64,000 nt of DNA from a bacterium (GTDB lineage Bacteria > UBA8248): the NCBI GenBank assembly GCA_965221165.1, contig CBDCRP010000002.1:736001-800000 (forward strand), given 5' to 3'. The translations under genes and the position numbers were made by a program. This document shows positions 49,464 to 58,383 of this stretch, in pieces (the first letter of the stretch is position 1; each line of letters opens with the position of its first letter). The notes beneath the pieces are model-generated. The model searched no databases, was not told the origin of the DNA, and was given only the letters and a program-made list of their open reading frames with translations.

Positions 49464-50849
49464 TTAATCCAGCGATGGTTGAGCAAAACGGCCGCTGCCC
49501 GGCGGGACCACCAAATCTCCGTCCTTGGCGATCAGCTCCCCGCGCAGAAAGGTCATCACCGGCGCTCCCACAAAAGTTCTGTTGGCGAAGGCCGTGTACT
49601 TTCCTTTGCTTTTTCCCTTCGCCGGATCGACGAGCACGGTCCGCTCCATATCGACCACCACAAGATCGGCGTCCGCTCCCGCGCGGATCGTCCCCTTTCT
49701 CGGGAAAAGGCGGAAAATCCTCGCCGGCGCCTCGCACAAACGTGCAACAAGCGTCGGGAGCGTCAGGAGACCTTGATTCACTTCGTTCAGCATCGAAGGC
49801 AGAAAAATTTCGAGGCCGGGTCCGCCGGGAGGGGCGATCCATATATTTTCGTCATTCTTCAGCTCGTTTATCTGGGGGGCGTGGTCGGTTCCCATGGTGT
49901 CGATGGTCCCGTCCAAGAACCCTTCACGGAGGGCATCGCGATCGGCGGCCGTCTTGACGGGCGGGCTGAATTTTCCCCATGAACCCACCGCGTGAAGGTC
50001 CTCGTCGCACAAGAGCAGATTGCACGGCGCCACCTCGGAGGTGATCTTCGGATTTTTTTTCTTCGCGTTGCGGATGAGTTGAACCGCCTCGGCGCCGATG
50101 ACATGACATATATGCAAACGGGCCCCCGTGGCCGTGGATAGGGTGAGGGCATCGAAGACCGCGAGGTCCTCGGCGAAATTCGGCCGACTCAGACGCCAAG
50201 CGTCGATGTCCGGTTTCATATTTTCCTTGCATCGTTCGGTGAAGAGATCGAGAATCGGATTTGATTCGGCGTGGATTCCAATCTGTCCATCGAAGCCCGC
50301 GATTTCTTCGAACAGGAGGAAGAGCTTGTCTATGTCGACTGTAATGTAATCCTCGAAGTCTTTTTTGAAGGCCCCCGTTACAGCGGTGAAAATCTTGTAA
50401 CCGATGGCGCCCAACTCCCGGAAGTGATGGAGTTCTTTTCGGTTCTGATCGCAAGCCCAGGCATAGAGGGCGATATCTGCGTACGTACGATTTTCGATCA
50501 GCGACTTTCGTTCGCGAAAATCCTCGGCCGTGAGAACATCAGGTACGCCGTTGGGCATTTGCATCACCGTCGTCACTCCGCCGACGGCGGCGCAGGCGGT
50601 TGCGGTGGTGAAGTCTTCCTTTTCGGATTCCCCCATGTCGCGCAGGTGTACGTGGGGGTCAATGATTCCCGGCAGAAGGAATTTCCCCCCGAGATCGATC
50701 TCCTCCGCGCTTCTCCCGGGAAGAGGGCCTTCTTCGACTGAAGCAATCTGCCCGTCGCGCAGAGCCACGTTGGCGTGGCGAATCTCTTCGGGCGTCACAA
50801 CTTTTACGTTCATCAAGTTGTAATCGCGATTTACGTCTTGGGGCGTCAT
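49464..50849 (-). CDS. Dihydroorotase/allantoinase-like cyclic amidohydrolase
   Basis: DPHVHLRD, GGVTTV..MPN, YKIF, HAE, HICHV, GTDHAP and GADADL motifs; ATGA coupling to the TRAP permease. Confidence 0.92.
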   Translation of the reverse strand: MTPQDVNRDYNLMNVKVVTPEEIRHANVALRDGQIASVEEGPLPGRSAEEIDLGGKFLLPGIIDPHVHLRDMGESEKEDFTTATACAAVGGVTTVMQMPNGVPDVLTAEDFRERKSLIENRTYADIALYAWACDQNRKELHHFRELGAIGYKIFTAVTGAFKKDFEDYITVDIDKLFLLFEEIAGFDGQIGIHAESNPILDLFTERCKENMKPDIDAWRLSRPNFAEDLAVFDALTLSTATGARLHICHVIGAEAVQLIRNAKKKNPKITSEVAPCNLLLCDEDLHAVGSWGKFSPPVKTAADRDALREGFLDGTIDTMGTDHAPQINELKNDENIWIAPPGGPGLEIFLPSMLNEVNQGLLTLPTLVARLCEAPARIFRLFPRKGTIRAGADADLVVVDMERTVLVDPAKGKSKGKYTAFANRTFVGAPVMTFLRGELIAKDGDLVVPPGSGRFAQPSLD

Positions 50850-52852
50850 CGCTGTTCCTTTCGTGATGGGTAAGAAGACGTAACCTCCTCCGCTCCCGCT
50901 CCGTGGCGAATAGGTAAGGAAACATCTACGGATCTCCAGCGTTGCCATGCGACCAGGGCCAGGAACAGGAAGAGGCCGATTCCGTTCGCTGAAATCGAGT
51001 AAGGGATAAACAAAAGCCCGGAGACCACCAAAATCATGCGCTCCACGATGTAGAGCTCCCGCAACATTCTTCCCTGCACACCGTAAGTGATGGCCAAGAT
51101 CCCCAGGAGGGAAGTCCCAATCGAGTAAACCACTTCCCAAGGGCTTCCGTGAAAAACGAGGCCGGGGCTGTATACGAACATGAACGGAACGATGAACGCC
51201 GCCAGCCCGATGCGCATTGCCAGGAATCCCGTCCGCAGTGGAGGCGCTTTGGCTATGGCGGCGCCCGCGTACGCGGCCAATGCGACCGGTGGCGTGATCG
51301 CCGAAATAATGCCGGAATAGAAGACGAAGAGGTGCGCCGGTATCTGGGGCACTCCGGCCTTGACCAAGGAAGGGGCAATCAGCACCGCCAGAATAATGTA
51401 GGCCGGCGTTGTGGGCATCCCCATCCCGAGCAGAATGCTGGTCACCATGCCGATCACCAGCATCGGAAGCAAAGCTTCATTGGCCAGTTCGAGGAGAGCG
51501 AAAGAAACCTTCGCCCCCAGGCCCGTCAGCGTGAAGACGCTCACCACGACTCCCGCGCACGCGCAGGCGAGCGCGACTTGCAACGTGGCCATTGTTCCCG
51601 CACGAAGCGCGCCGAGAATCTGCCGGGGCGTCAACCGACTGCTGGCTTTCAAGGAGCTGACGGCAACCGTAGACGCAATCGCCCAAAAACCCGCTTTTGT
51701 CGGGGACCAATGCATGTACATCAACATGAATACGAGAATGACCGGGGGGGCGAGAAAGGGCCAGCCATCCGCGAGGAGTCGCGTCGCCTTGGGGAGCTCC
51801 GATCGATCCATCCCCCGAAGCCCCAGGCGCACGGCTTCGAGGTCTACGGCGATGAACACCGCGACGTAATAGAGGATGGCGGGCAGCAGCGCCATGACGA
51901 TAATCTCTCTATATGTGACGTGGATCATCTCAACCATGACGAAAACAGCCGCACCCATGATGGGGGGCATGAACTGGCCGCCGGTCGACGCCACCGCCTC
52001 GACCGCAGCGGCAAAGGTGGGTTGGTACCCGAGACGCTTCATCATCGGTATGGTGAATGTCCCTGTGCCCACGACGTTGGCCGTGGCGCTGCCTGAGATC
52101 GTGCCGAAAAGAGTGCTCCCCACAACCGCGACTTTCGCCGGCCCGCCTCGCACTCGACCGAAAAGCGCGAAGGCGAGATCAATGAAAAATCGACCCGCTC
52201 CGGTCTCTTGAAGAATAGCCCCGAAGATGATGAACAGAATGACGAATGTCGCTGAAACTCCGATCGGCAGCCCATAAATACCTTCCGTGCTGGTGTAGGT
52301 GTGCTGTAAAATCCGCCCCCAGTCGTAACCGCGGTGCCCGAAGACGCCCGGCATGTTCGGGCCCCAATAGGCGTAGATCACGAATGCCACGGCAACCAAC
52401 GGCAACGTCCAGCCGATGACCCGCCGGGTTGCTTCGAGAACCAAGATGATGGCGAGGATTCCGAGGAGCATATCCGGCAGATTCGGATTCCCGTCTCGAA
52501 AGGTGAGAACATGGTATTGATCGATAATGTAAAGGCCTATGGTGACACTTCCGATAATGAAAAGGGCATCGAGGAGTCGACCGAAAATATAGAACCTTTT
52601 GTTCGTTGCAGTCGGGTAAAGAAGGTATGTGAGAACCAGGATCGGACTTAAATGAATCGAACGTTGAATGAGCGCTCCGTACGCACCGGCGAAACCCGTG
52701 TACAGGTGGAAAACCGCCAGCGCAATGGCCAACCAGGTGATGATCGGGTTGAGAAAACGCTCGAAGGCGTTGTCCGGGCGGGCCCGGCCGTGAACGATCG
52801 CCCCCGCCTCTTCCGGATCCGGCGGTTGCTTCGGTTCGCCATTCGCTTCCAC
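50846..52852 (-). CDS. TAXI-TRAP fused permease (4TM/12TM)
   Basis: LEATRR, GGPAKVAV, EAVASTGGQFMPPIMGAA, GMGMPTTPAY and ITPPVALAAY motifs. Confidence 0.95.
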   Translation of the reverse strand: MEANGEPKQPPDPEEAGAIVHGRARPDNAFERFLNPIITWLAIALAVFHLYTGFAGAYGALIQRSIHLSPILVLTYLLYPTATNKRFYIFGRLLDALFIIGSVTIGLYIIDQYHVLTFRDGNPNLPDMLLGILAIILVLEATRRVIGWTLPLVAVAFVIYAYWGPNMPGVFGHRGYDWGRILQHTYTSTEGIYGLPIGVSATFVILFIIFGAILQETGAGRFFIDLAFALFGRVRGGPAKVAVVGSTLFGTISGSATANVVGTGTFTIPMMKRLGYQPTFAAAVEAVASTGGQFMPPIMGAAVFVMVEMIHVTYREIIVMALLPAILYYVAVFIAVDLEAVRLGLRGMDRSELPKATRLLADGWPFLAPPVILVFMLMYMHWSPTKAGFWAIASTVAVSSLKASSRLTPRQILGALRAGTMATLQVALACACAGVVVSVFTLTGLGAKVSFALLELANEALLPMLVIGMVTSILLGMGMPTTPAYIILAVLIAPSLVKAGVPQIPAHLFVFYSGIISAITPPVALAAYAGAAIAKAPPLRTGFLAMRIGLAAFIVPFMFVYSPGLVFHGSPWEVVYSIGTSLLGILAITYGVQGRMLRELYIVERMILVVSGLLFIPYSISANGIGLFLFLALVAWQRWRSVDVSLPIRHGAGAEEVTSSYPSRKEQR

Positions 52853-52922
52853 TGAGCGCCTCCCTTGAGGTGGTCGGCGCCCCCGCCCTCAGGCGGGAGC
52901 GCCGAAGTGCCCGTACGGCAAC

Positions 52923-53891
52923 TTACTGAATGCCTTTTTCCTTGAAGTAACGCGCGGCGCCGGGATGCATGGGAATGGGAATGTTCCCGGCGGAGCCGGG
53001 AAGTTTGTACTTCAACCCGGCGCGGTGAATGGCGCCGAGCTCATCGGTGTGCTCAAGTACCGTTTTTGTCACTGCGTAGACCGTCGCGTTGTCCGTGTCC
53101 GCGTGGGTGATGACGATGGTCGCCGACGCCATCGCCCCGACGTCTCCCTTCATGCCGCCGTAAGTGCCCTTGGGAATGCGGGAAGGTGTCCAGTATGGAT
53201 GCATCTTGTTGATTTTCTTCATGTCATCCATGGAGATGGAGACCAATCTCACGTCATGAGTCGAAGTGATATCTTTTACCGCACCGCCCGGAATTCCGGC
53301 GAGCTGAATTGTTGCGTCTACGGTTCCGTCCTTCAGCGCCGCAACAGCTTCAGTTTGGGTCAAATGATCCGTTCGGGCGAACTGTTTAGTGCTGATCCCC
53401 AGGACCTCCAGCATTGCCACACCCATCGCCGCCGTGGAGCTTCCCGGCTGGCCGATGGAGATCCGCTTTCCTCGATAGTCATACAAACTCTTGATTCCCG
53501 ACTTCCTGAGCGTCACGAAATGCTGGATGCTGGCGTGGCCGCTCATCAGTGCGCGGAGCTTGTATTTTTCTCCTGGCTTGAATCGCCCGCCTCCCTCCAC
53601 CGCAAAGTAGGCGGCGTCCGGGGTCGTCAGACCAAAATCGGCTCTCTTGGTTCCGATGAGGCGCGTATTGCCGAAACCGCCTCCTGTGACCTCGGCGTTC
53701 GCCCGCATCCCCGAAACGTATTTGGACAAGATCTTGGCCATTCCGGTTGCGACCACGATGTACGTTCCGCCCGAAGCGCCGCCGGCGATGGTAACGAACT
53801 TCTTGGCAGCCTGGGCGGAGGAAATCGTCATCGCCCAAATGGTGATGGCCAGCACTGCGAACCTGGTGAACGTCTTCAATGCGCGCATCAT
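52923..53891 (-). CDS. TAXI-family TRAP solute receptor
   Basis: Signal peptide; GGASGGTY, TGGGFGN, GKRISIGQPGS and PMHPGAARYFKE motifs. Confidence 0.95.
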   Translation of the reverse strand: MMRALKTFTRFAVLAITIWAMTISSAQAAKKFVTIAGGASGGTYIVVATGMAKILSKYVSGMRANAEVTGGGFGNTRLIGTKRADFGLTTPDAAYFAVEGGGRFKPGEKYKLRALMSGHASIQHFVTLRKSGIKSLYDYRGKRISIGQPGSSTAAMGVAMLEVLGISTKQFARTDHLTQTEAVAALKDGTVDATIQLAGIPGGAVKDITSTHDVRLVSISMDDMKKINKMHPYWTPSRIPKGTYGGMKGDVGAMASATIVITHADTDNATVYAVTKTVLEHTDELGAIHRAGLKYKLPGSAGNIPIPMHPGAARYFKEKGIQ

Positions 53892-54010
53892 TTTCTGTCC
53901 TCCTTGGTTGGGTAGACAAAGAACCTTTCTTGATCTCCCGGATGGATGATGAAGCAACGACAAGACTCCATATCACGAAAATTCACACAGATTTCCCGAA
54001 AACAGGATTT

Positions 54011-54790
54011 CTATGCTTCAGCTTCCTGCCAACCCAGGGACGCCGAAACCTCTCGAGCGGCTCTGACGACATGGGCGGTAAGGATTTTCCGGTTCGAGTC
54101 TTCGATCCGGTGAACTGGAGCCGAGAGCGTCAAGGAAGCCGCAACGATACCCCGTTCATCAAACACCGGTGCGGAAATTGCCCTGGCCCCAACAATGAAC
54201 TCTTGGTTGCTGTACGCGTGGCCCTTTTCACGAATCTCCTTGAGCTCTTTTTTTAGTTTGACGGGATCGATGTTCGTATTTTTTGTCACCCTCGATAGTT
54301 TCTGCTGCATAATCGTCTCGATGTCCTGATCCGGCAAAAAGGCGAGTAGGGCTTTCGACGCCGCCCCAACGTGCAAAGGCCGCACCTCTCCCACAAAAAA
54401 ACGAGCGATGATCGATTGGCGACTTTCTATGCACTCGATGCAAATGGTTTCCCGACCCGATTTGATGCACAAGAAAGTTGTTTCCCCCGTTTCCGATGTA
54501 AGCCTTCTCATGACGGGAAGCGCGAGTTCGCAAAGGGTTCCATTTTGTCCGTTCTGAGAAATGTTTTTCGAGAGGAGGGAGAGGGAAGACCCCAATCGGT
54601 ATTTTCCGTATTCGGCGGAAGCGTCCACGAAACCCCTGGTTTGAAGGGTCTTGAGGAATCGGTATGTCGTACTTTTGGGCTGTTGGATCTCGGAGGAAAT
54701 CTCTTCCACCGAAGAAGAGCCGGATCCATGGGCTATCGCCCAGAGGAGATCTATTGCTTTGTCTATCGTCTTAAGGGAAGAGGTAGACAT
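54011..54790 (-). CDS. IclR-family transcriptional regulator
   Basis: N-terminal HTH PKSTTYRFLKTL, TGET, GAASKALLAF and ISAPVFD motifs. Confidence 0.95.
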   Translation of the reverse strand: MSTSSLKTIDKAIDLLWAIAHGSGSSSVEEISSEIQQPKSTTYRFLKTLQTRGFVDASAEYGKYRLGSSLSLLSKNISQNGQNGTLCELALPVMRRLTSETGETTFLCIKSGRETICIECIESRQSIIARFFVGEVRPLHVGAASKALLAFLPDQDIETIMQQKLSRVTKNTNIDPVKLKKELKEIREKGHAYSNQEFIVGARAISAPVFDERGIVAASLTLSAPVHRIEDSNRKILTAHVVRAAREVSASLGWQEAEA

Positions 54791-54800
54791 ATATATTCTT

Positions 54801-54862
54801 AAATATAGAGAAATTATTTCTTATATTTTAATAAATATAGGTCTCGTTCCCGTTCTTGTCAA
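54801..54862 (-). promoter_or_regulatory. Sigma70 promoter and palindromic operator for the iclR/TRAP operon
   Basis: TTGACA(54862-54857)-17 nt-TATATT(54839-54834); imperfect palindrome AAATATAGAGAAATTATTTCTTATATTT at 54801-54828. Confidence 0.7.
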
Positions 54863-55030
54863 CCGAAAATTAACTTGCCCCAACAACGAATCCTGGCCGC
54901 GTGAGCGAATCAAACGCCGTCATGGGGCGCGATCCGGTAGTTCCTGACCGAACATTGCGGGGCAACTGAACAAAAGCATAAGCAAGCAGTTGCGGGTCTG
55001 ACTTTGGAGGAAGGTTGTATAATAATCCAA

Positions 55031-55205
55031 CAAGACCCGCCGGGATGCGCGGGAGTTTGAATTTCCTCGTTTCCGTTTAGATTACATATTGCGGAAGGAG
55101 AGTTCCGAACGAGGTTTCGAATAATGCCTGTTGCCCAAGGATATCAATAGGATAAAACAATTTCGCGGCCGGTAAAAACGCCTCTCCGCGTCTACCGGGC
55201 GAAAA
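55031..55205 (+). repeat. Partial, diverged copy D of the junction repeat family
   Basis: CCGGGATGCGCGGGAGTT (15/18 to 17483-17500), then GATTAC..GGAAGG and ATATCAATAGGATAAA in the same order as 17472-17595; the tail resembles 44779-44824. Confidence 0.65.
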
Positions 55206-55379
55206 AGGCATATGTACGATCCATGGGAAAGGGGGAAATCCGTGGGCGTTCACACCATCATGGCGACGGCTCCAGGCCCTTGCTGTGTCGGTGTCTGGTA
55301 TTCACACCCGCCGCACGACCCACAACACCTCGCCGAGGATGCGGACATCGCGTGCGAGGCATGAGCATGGGGCGAAGTC

Positions 55380-55545
55380 CGGGTTGGTGGAGATGAGCCT
55401 GAGCCGTGGTGGTTCCTCCTCGCCCGCCCCATCGCCGCGCACCGCCACGGTCTTCTCGGTTTCGCCCGCCGCGAAGGACAACTGCCTCTCGCGCCCTGTA
55501 GTCCGCCCCCGCCGTCGCCCGCATCAGTCGCTCGTAGACCAGGCC
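55380..55545 (-). pseudogene. Degraded Calx-beta domain fragment
   Basis: RATAGADYRA in one frame and QLSFAAGETEKTVAVRGD in another. Confidence 0.65.
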
Positions 55546-55551
55546 CTCGGT

Positions 55552-56793
55552 TTACGCTCCGCCTTCCATTTCGATGCGCCTGAAGTAGAAACTGTCCTCA
55601 GCCGTCACGACCAGCCCTTCTTTCGAGGCATTGCGGATTGCCGAAACCTCGATCTGGTACTTCAAGCCGTAATGCGAAATTTTCCCCAATGCGGCTTCGA
55701 CCGAGTTCCTGGCGGGGAACGGAAAGGCGAAGAAGTTCCTGTAAAGGGCGTTGTAGGCGTCATAGTCTCGGAAATCGGTCAGCGTCACCTGCGATTGCGT
55801 GACGTCCGACACCTCCATGTCGAACTCCTTCAGAAGAAGTTCCACGTTGGCGAGGACGTTTCGCGTCTGCTTCTGGATGTCACCGGGATCGCGCACGCCG
55901 CTTTCGCCATCCACGCTGAGGATTCCGTTGGAGATCATCAACTCACCGGCCAAAACGCCTCGGGCGTTTCCGGGCCCCGTCCGATACTCCTTCTCACCAA
56001 GATATGCGGTCGGCTCTATCATTACGTCGGTTTTGAGAATCGGCAAAGGCGCCGTCACGATCGTCGTGATCGGTCTTGGATCCGCAAAAGCGTTGGCGAT
56101 TGCCGCTTCAACCGCCTCCACGTCTCTCGTGTCACGGACAAATACCCGCAGGCGAATGATGTTCCCGAGGGACCCGCCGTTTTCCGACAATACTTCTCCG
56201 AGCCCCTCGAGAATAGCCTCGGTCTGCGCCTTCGAATTCCCCGGCGAGACGACTTGACCTTTGGCGTCGATCGGTATCCGCGCACTCAGGCACAACAAGT
56301 CGCCCATCCTCCTGCCGGTACTGGACGGCGCATACTCATGCGCCTGCTTCCCAGTAGGCAAGAGTGGTGTGGTTTCTACGGCGCCGGCCAGCCCTTCGAT
56401 TTCCATGATCATCGACGGCATATAGAGGCCGTAGCCGACGAGCGTGTCAGCCGGTACGGCGGGGGCACGGTACTTCTCGTACGCTTTGACAAATGGCCCG
56501 ACCTCTCTCCAACTGTCGAGGAAATGATTTAGCCGAAGAACGTCACTCCATTGACCACCGGCGATCTCAACGGCGAGTTTCAGGGCCTCTATGGCCTGGC
56601 GTGTCTGGGCTTCCATATCTGCCCGACCTGGCGTTTCTCCGGCCATTCGGCCATTCGGGATGCCATCGACCATCAACGCTTCCGTCGTGATGCCCGGCAT
56701 CCCGCCAAGAAAGATGTAATCCCCCGCCCGAAACGCGTAACAGTAAGGTCCTGATGGCGGAGGCAATCTCGGATCTTGTATTGTTCTGGGCAT
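55552..56793 (-). CDS. Rid (YjgF/UK114) family protein with three tandem domains
   Basis: Three repeats of GD/E.....G..., QT...L.....L...G..., P....V and (I/E)E..A. Confidence 0.85.
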   Translation of the reverse strand: MPRTIQDPRLPPPSGPYCYAFRAGDYIFLGGMPGITTEALMVDGIPNGRMAGETPGRADMEAQTRQAIEALKLAVEIAGGQWSDVLRLNHFLDSWREVGPFVKAYEKYRAPAVPADTLVGYGLYMPSMIMEIEGLAGAVETTPLLPTGKQAHEYAPSSTGRRMGDLLCLSARIPIDAKGQVVSPGNSKAQTEAILEGLGEVLSENGGSLGNIIRLRVFVRDTRDVEAVEAAIANAFADPRPITTIVTAPLPILKTDVMIEPTAYLGEKEYRTGPGNARGVLAGELMISNGILSVDGESGVRDPGDIQKQTRNVLANVELLLKEFDMEVSDVTQSQVTLTDFRDYDAYNALYRNFFAFPFPARNSVEAALGKISHYGLKYQIEVSAIRNASKEGLVVTAEDSFYFRRIEMEGGA

Positions 56794-56912
56794 ACTCGGA
56801 TTCTCCTATCTTGAGACTCGTGACAACCGCTTGTCACAGGATCACACGCATTTCGCCTCCGTATGGCGCCGCTGTCGTCTCGCATCGGTCGCAATACGCG
56901 GTTCCGGAAATT

Positions 56913-57617
56913 TTATCCCCCGAGGTAGTGGCGTATCAGGTCACCGTCTCCGATAAGATTGGCGGTGGGCCCGGCCATGGAGATCTTGCCGTCGCGTAAA
57001 ATGTACCCGAAGTCAGCGACCGAGAGCGCCAGATGGACATTTTGCTCGACCAGAAGAATCGTCATTCCGGCCTCCTTCAGTTTCATGATGATTTCGCCCA
57101 GGCGCTCGACAAGGATCGGCGCAAGTCCCGACGAAGGTTCATCAAGCAACAGAAGCTTCGGCTGCGAAATCAGACCGCGTCCAAATGCGACGAGCTGCTG
57201 TTGTCCGACACTGAGCGTATTGCCCTTGCGACTCAGCCATTGGCGAACCTCCGGAAACCGTTCGTAGATTGACTCGAAATCATCCTTTGATTTCTTTTGG
57301 CGGCGCCGCGCGAAAGCGCCGAGCCTCAGGTTCTCCATAACCGTCAGTGGCGCGAAGATGCGGCGCCCCTGTGGCACAAGAGAAATGCCCATTGGAACGA
57401 TTTCACGAGGTTCCATACCGCAAATTTCCTTATCCTCGAATCGAATGCTGCCGGCGCTCGCCTTAACGGCGCCAACGATCGTTTTCAATGTTGTCGATTT
57501 TCCCGAGCCATTACCGCCAAGTAGGGTAATGACCTTGCCGGCGGGAACATCGAGCGAGACCCCGCTCAGTACCTGTACGGGGCCATACGAGGCCCGGATA
57601 TTCTCAAGCCTCAACAT
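56913..57617 (-). CDS. livF: Branched-chain amino acid-type ABC ATPase (LivF-like)
   Basis: GGNGSGKST, VPQGRRIF, LLLDEPSSGLAP and LVEQN motifs. Confidence 0.92.
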   Translation of the reverse strand: MLRLENIRASYGPVQVLSGVSLDVPAGKVITLLGGNGSGKSTTLKTIVGAVKASAGSIRFEDKEICGMEPREIVPMGISLVPQGRRIFAPLTVMENLRLGAFARRRQKKSKDDFESIYERFPEVRQWLSRKGNTLSVGQQQLVAFGRGLISQPKLLLLDEPSSGLAPILVERLGEIIMKLKEAGMTILLVEQNVHLALSVADFGYILRDGKISMAGPTANLIGDGDLIRHYLGG

Positions 57618-58383
57618 ACTTCATCGCCTTGCCCAGATAGGCCTCGATTACATTCGGATCCTTGCGAACGACCTCGGGCGTCCCCTCGGCGATCTTCTCG
57701 CCGTGATCAAGAACCGTGATACGGTCGGAAATGCTCATCACCAGGCGGATGACATGCTCAATCAGCAATATGCTCGTCTTCCCGCGAGATCGCAGGTTAT
57801 CCAGGATTTCGGTGAGCCTCTCGTACATCACCGGACTCAAACCCGCGGCCGGCTCGTCCAACAGGACGAGCAGCGGATCGGAAACCAGTGCGCGCGCAAG
57901 TTCCAACATGCGTTGTTGTCCAAACGACATCCGGTTGGCCGGCCGGTTAGCAAGATGAGCGAGGCGCACGGATTCAAGCGCCTCATACGCCCTGTCCCTG
58001 ATCTCCGAATCTTCCCGCATGACCCGGGGCGGGCGAACTACCCCGCCGATAACACCGCTTCGGCTCTTGCCATGATAACCGATCATGACGTTCTCGAGCC
58101 CCGACATCTCCGAAAACACTTGAAGGTCTTGAAAGGTGCGCGAAATACCCAGGCCGGCCATGTTGTATGCCTTGGTCGAGCTAATGTTCTGGCCGTTAAA
58201 GACGACCTCTCCCGATTTTTGGCGCAGAAACCCCGTAATCGCGTTGCAAAGAGTCGTCTTTCCCGATCCGTTCGGACCAATCAGACCATGTATCTCACCA
58301 TTGTCAATCTCGAGCGATACCCTTGAGAGAGCCGTGAGCGCCCCATAATTCACGGTCAGATCATCTACCTTAAGAATTGACAT
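57604..58383 (-). CDS. livG: Branched-chain amino acid-type ABC ATPase (LivG-like)
   Basis: GPNGSGKTT, SRTFQ, LLDEPAAG, IEH and VIEAYLG motifs. Confidence 0.92.
   Translation of the reverse strand: MSILKVDDLTVNYGALTALSRVSLEIDNGEIHGLIGPNGSGKTTLCNAITGFLRQKSGEVVFNGQNISSTKAYNMAGLGISRTFQDLQVFSEMSGLENVMIGYHGKSRSGVIGGVVRPPRVMREDSEIRDRAYEALESVRLAHLANRPANRMSFGQQRMLELARALVSDPLLVLLDEPAAGLSPVMYERLTEILDNLRSRGKTSILLIEHVIRLVMSISDRITVLDHGEKIAEGTPEVVRKDPNVIEAYLGKAMKYVEA

Noticed and set aside
48013-50849. Housekeeping purB and pyrC
   Set aside because: Altered catalytic motif in the lyase and location in an IclR/TRAP operon; gene symbols withheld.
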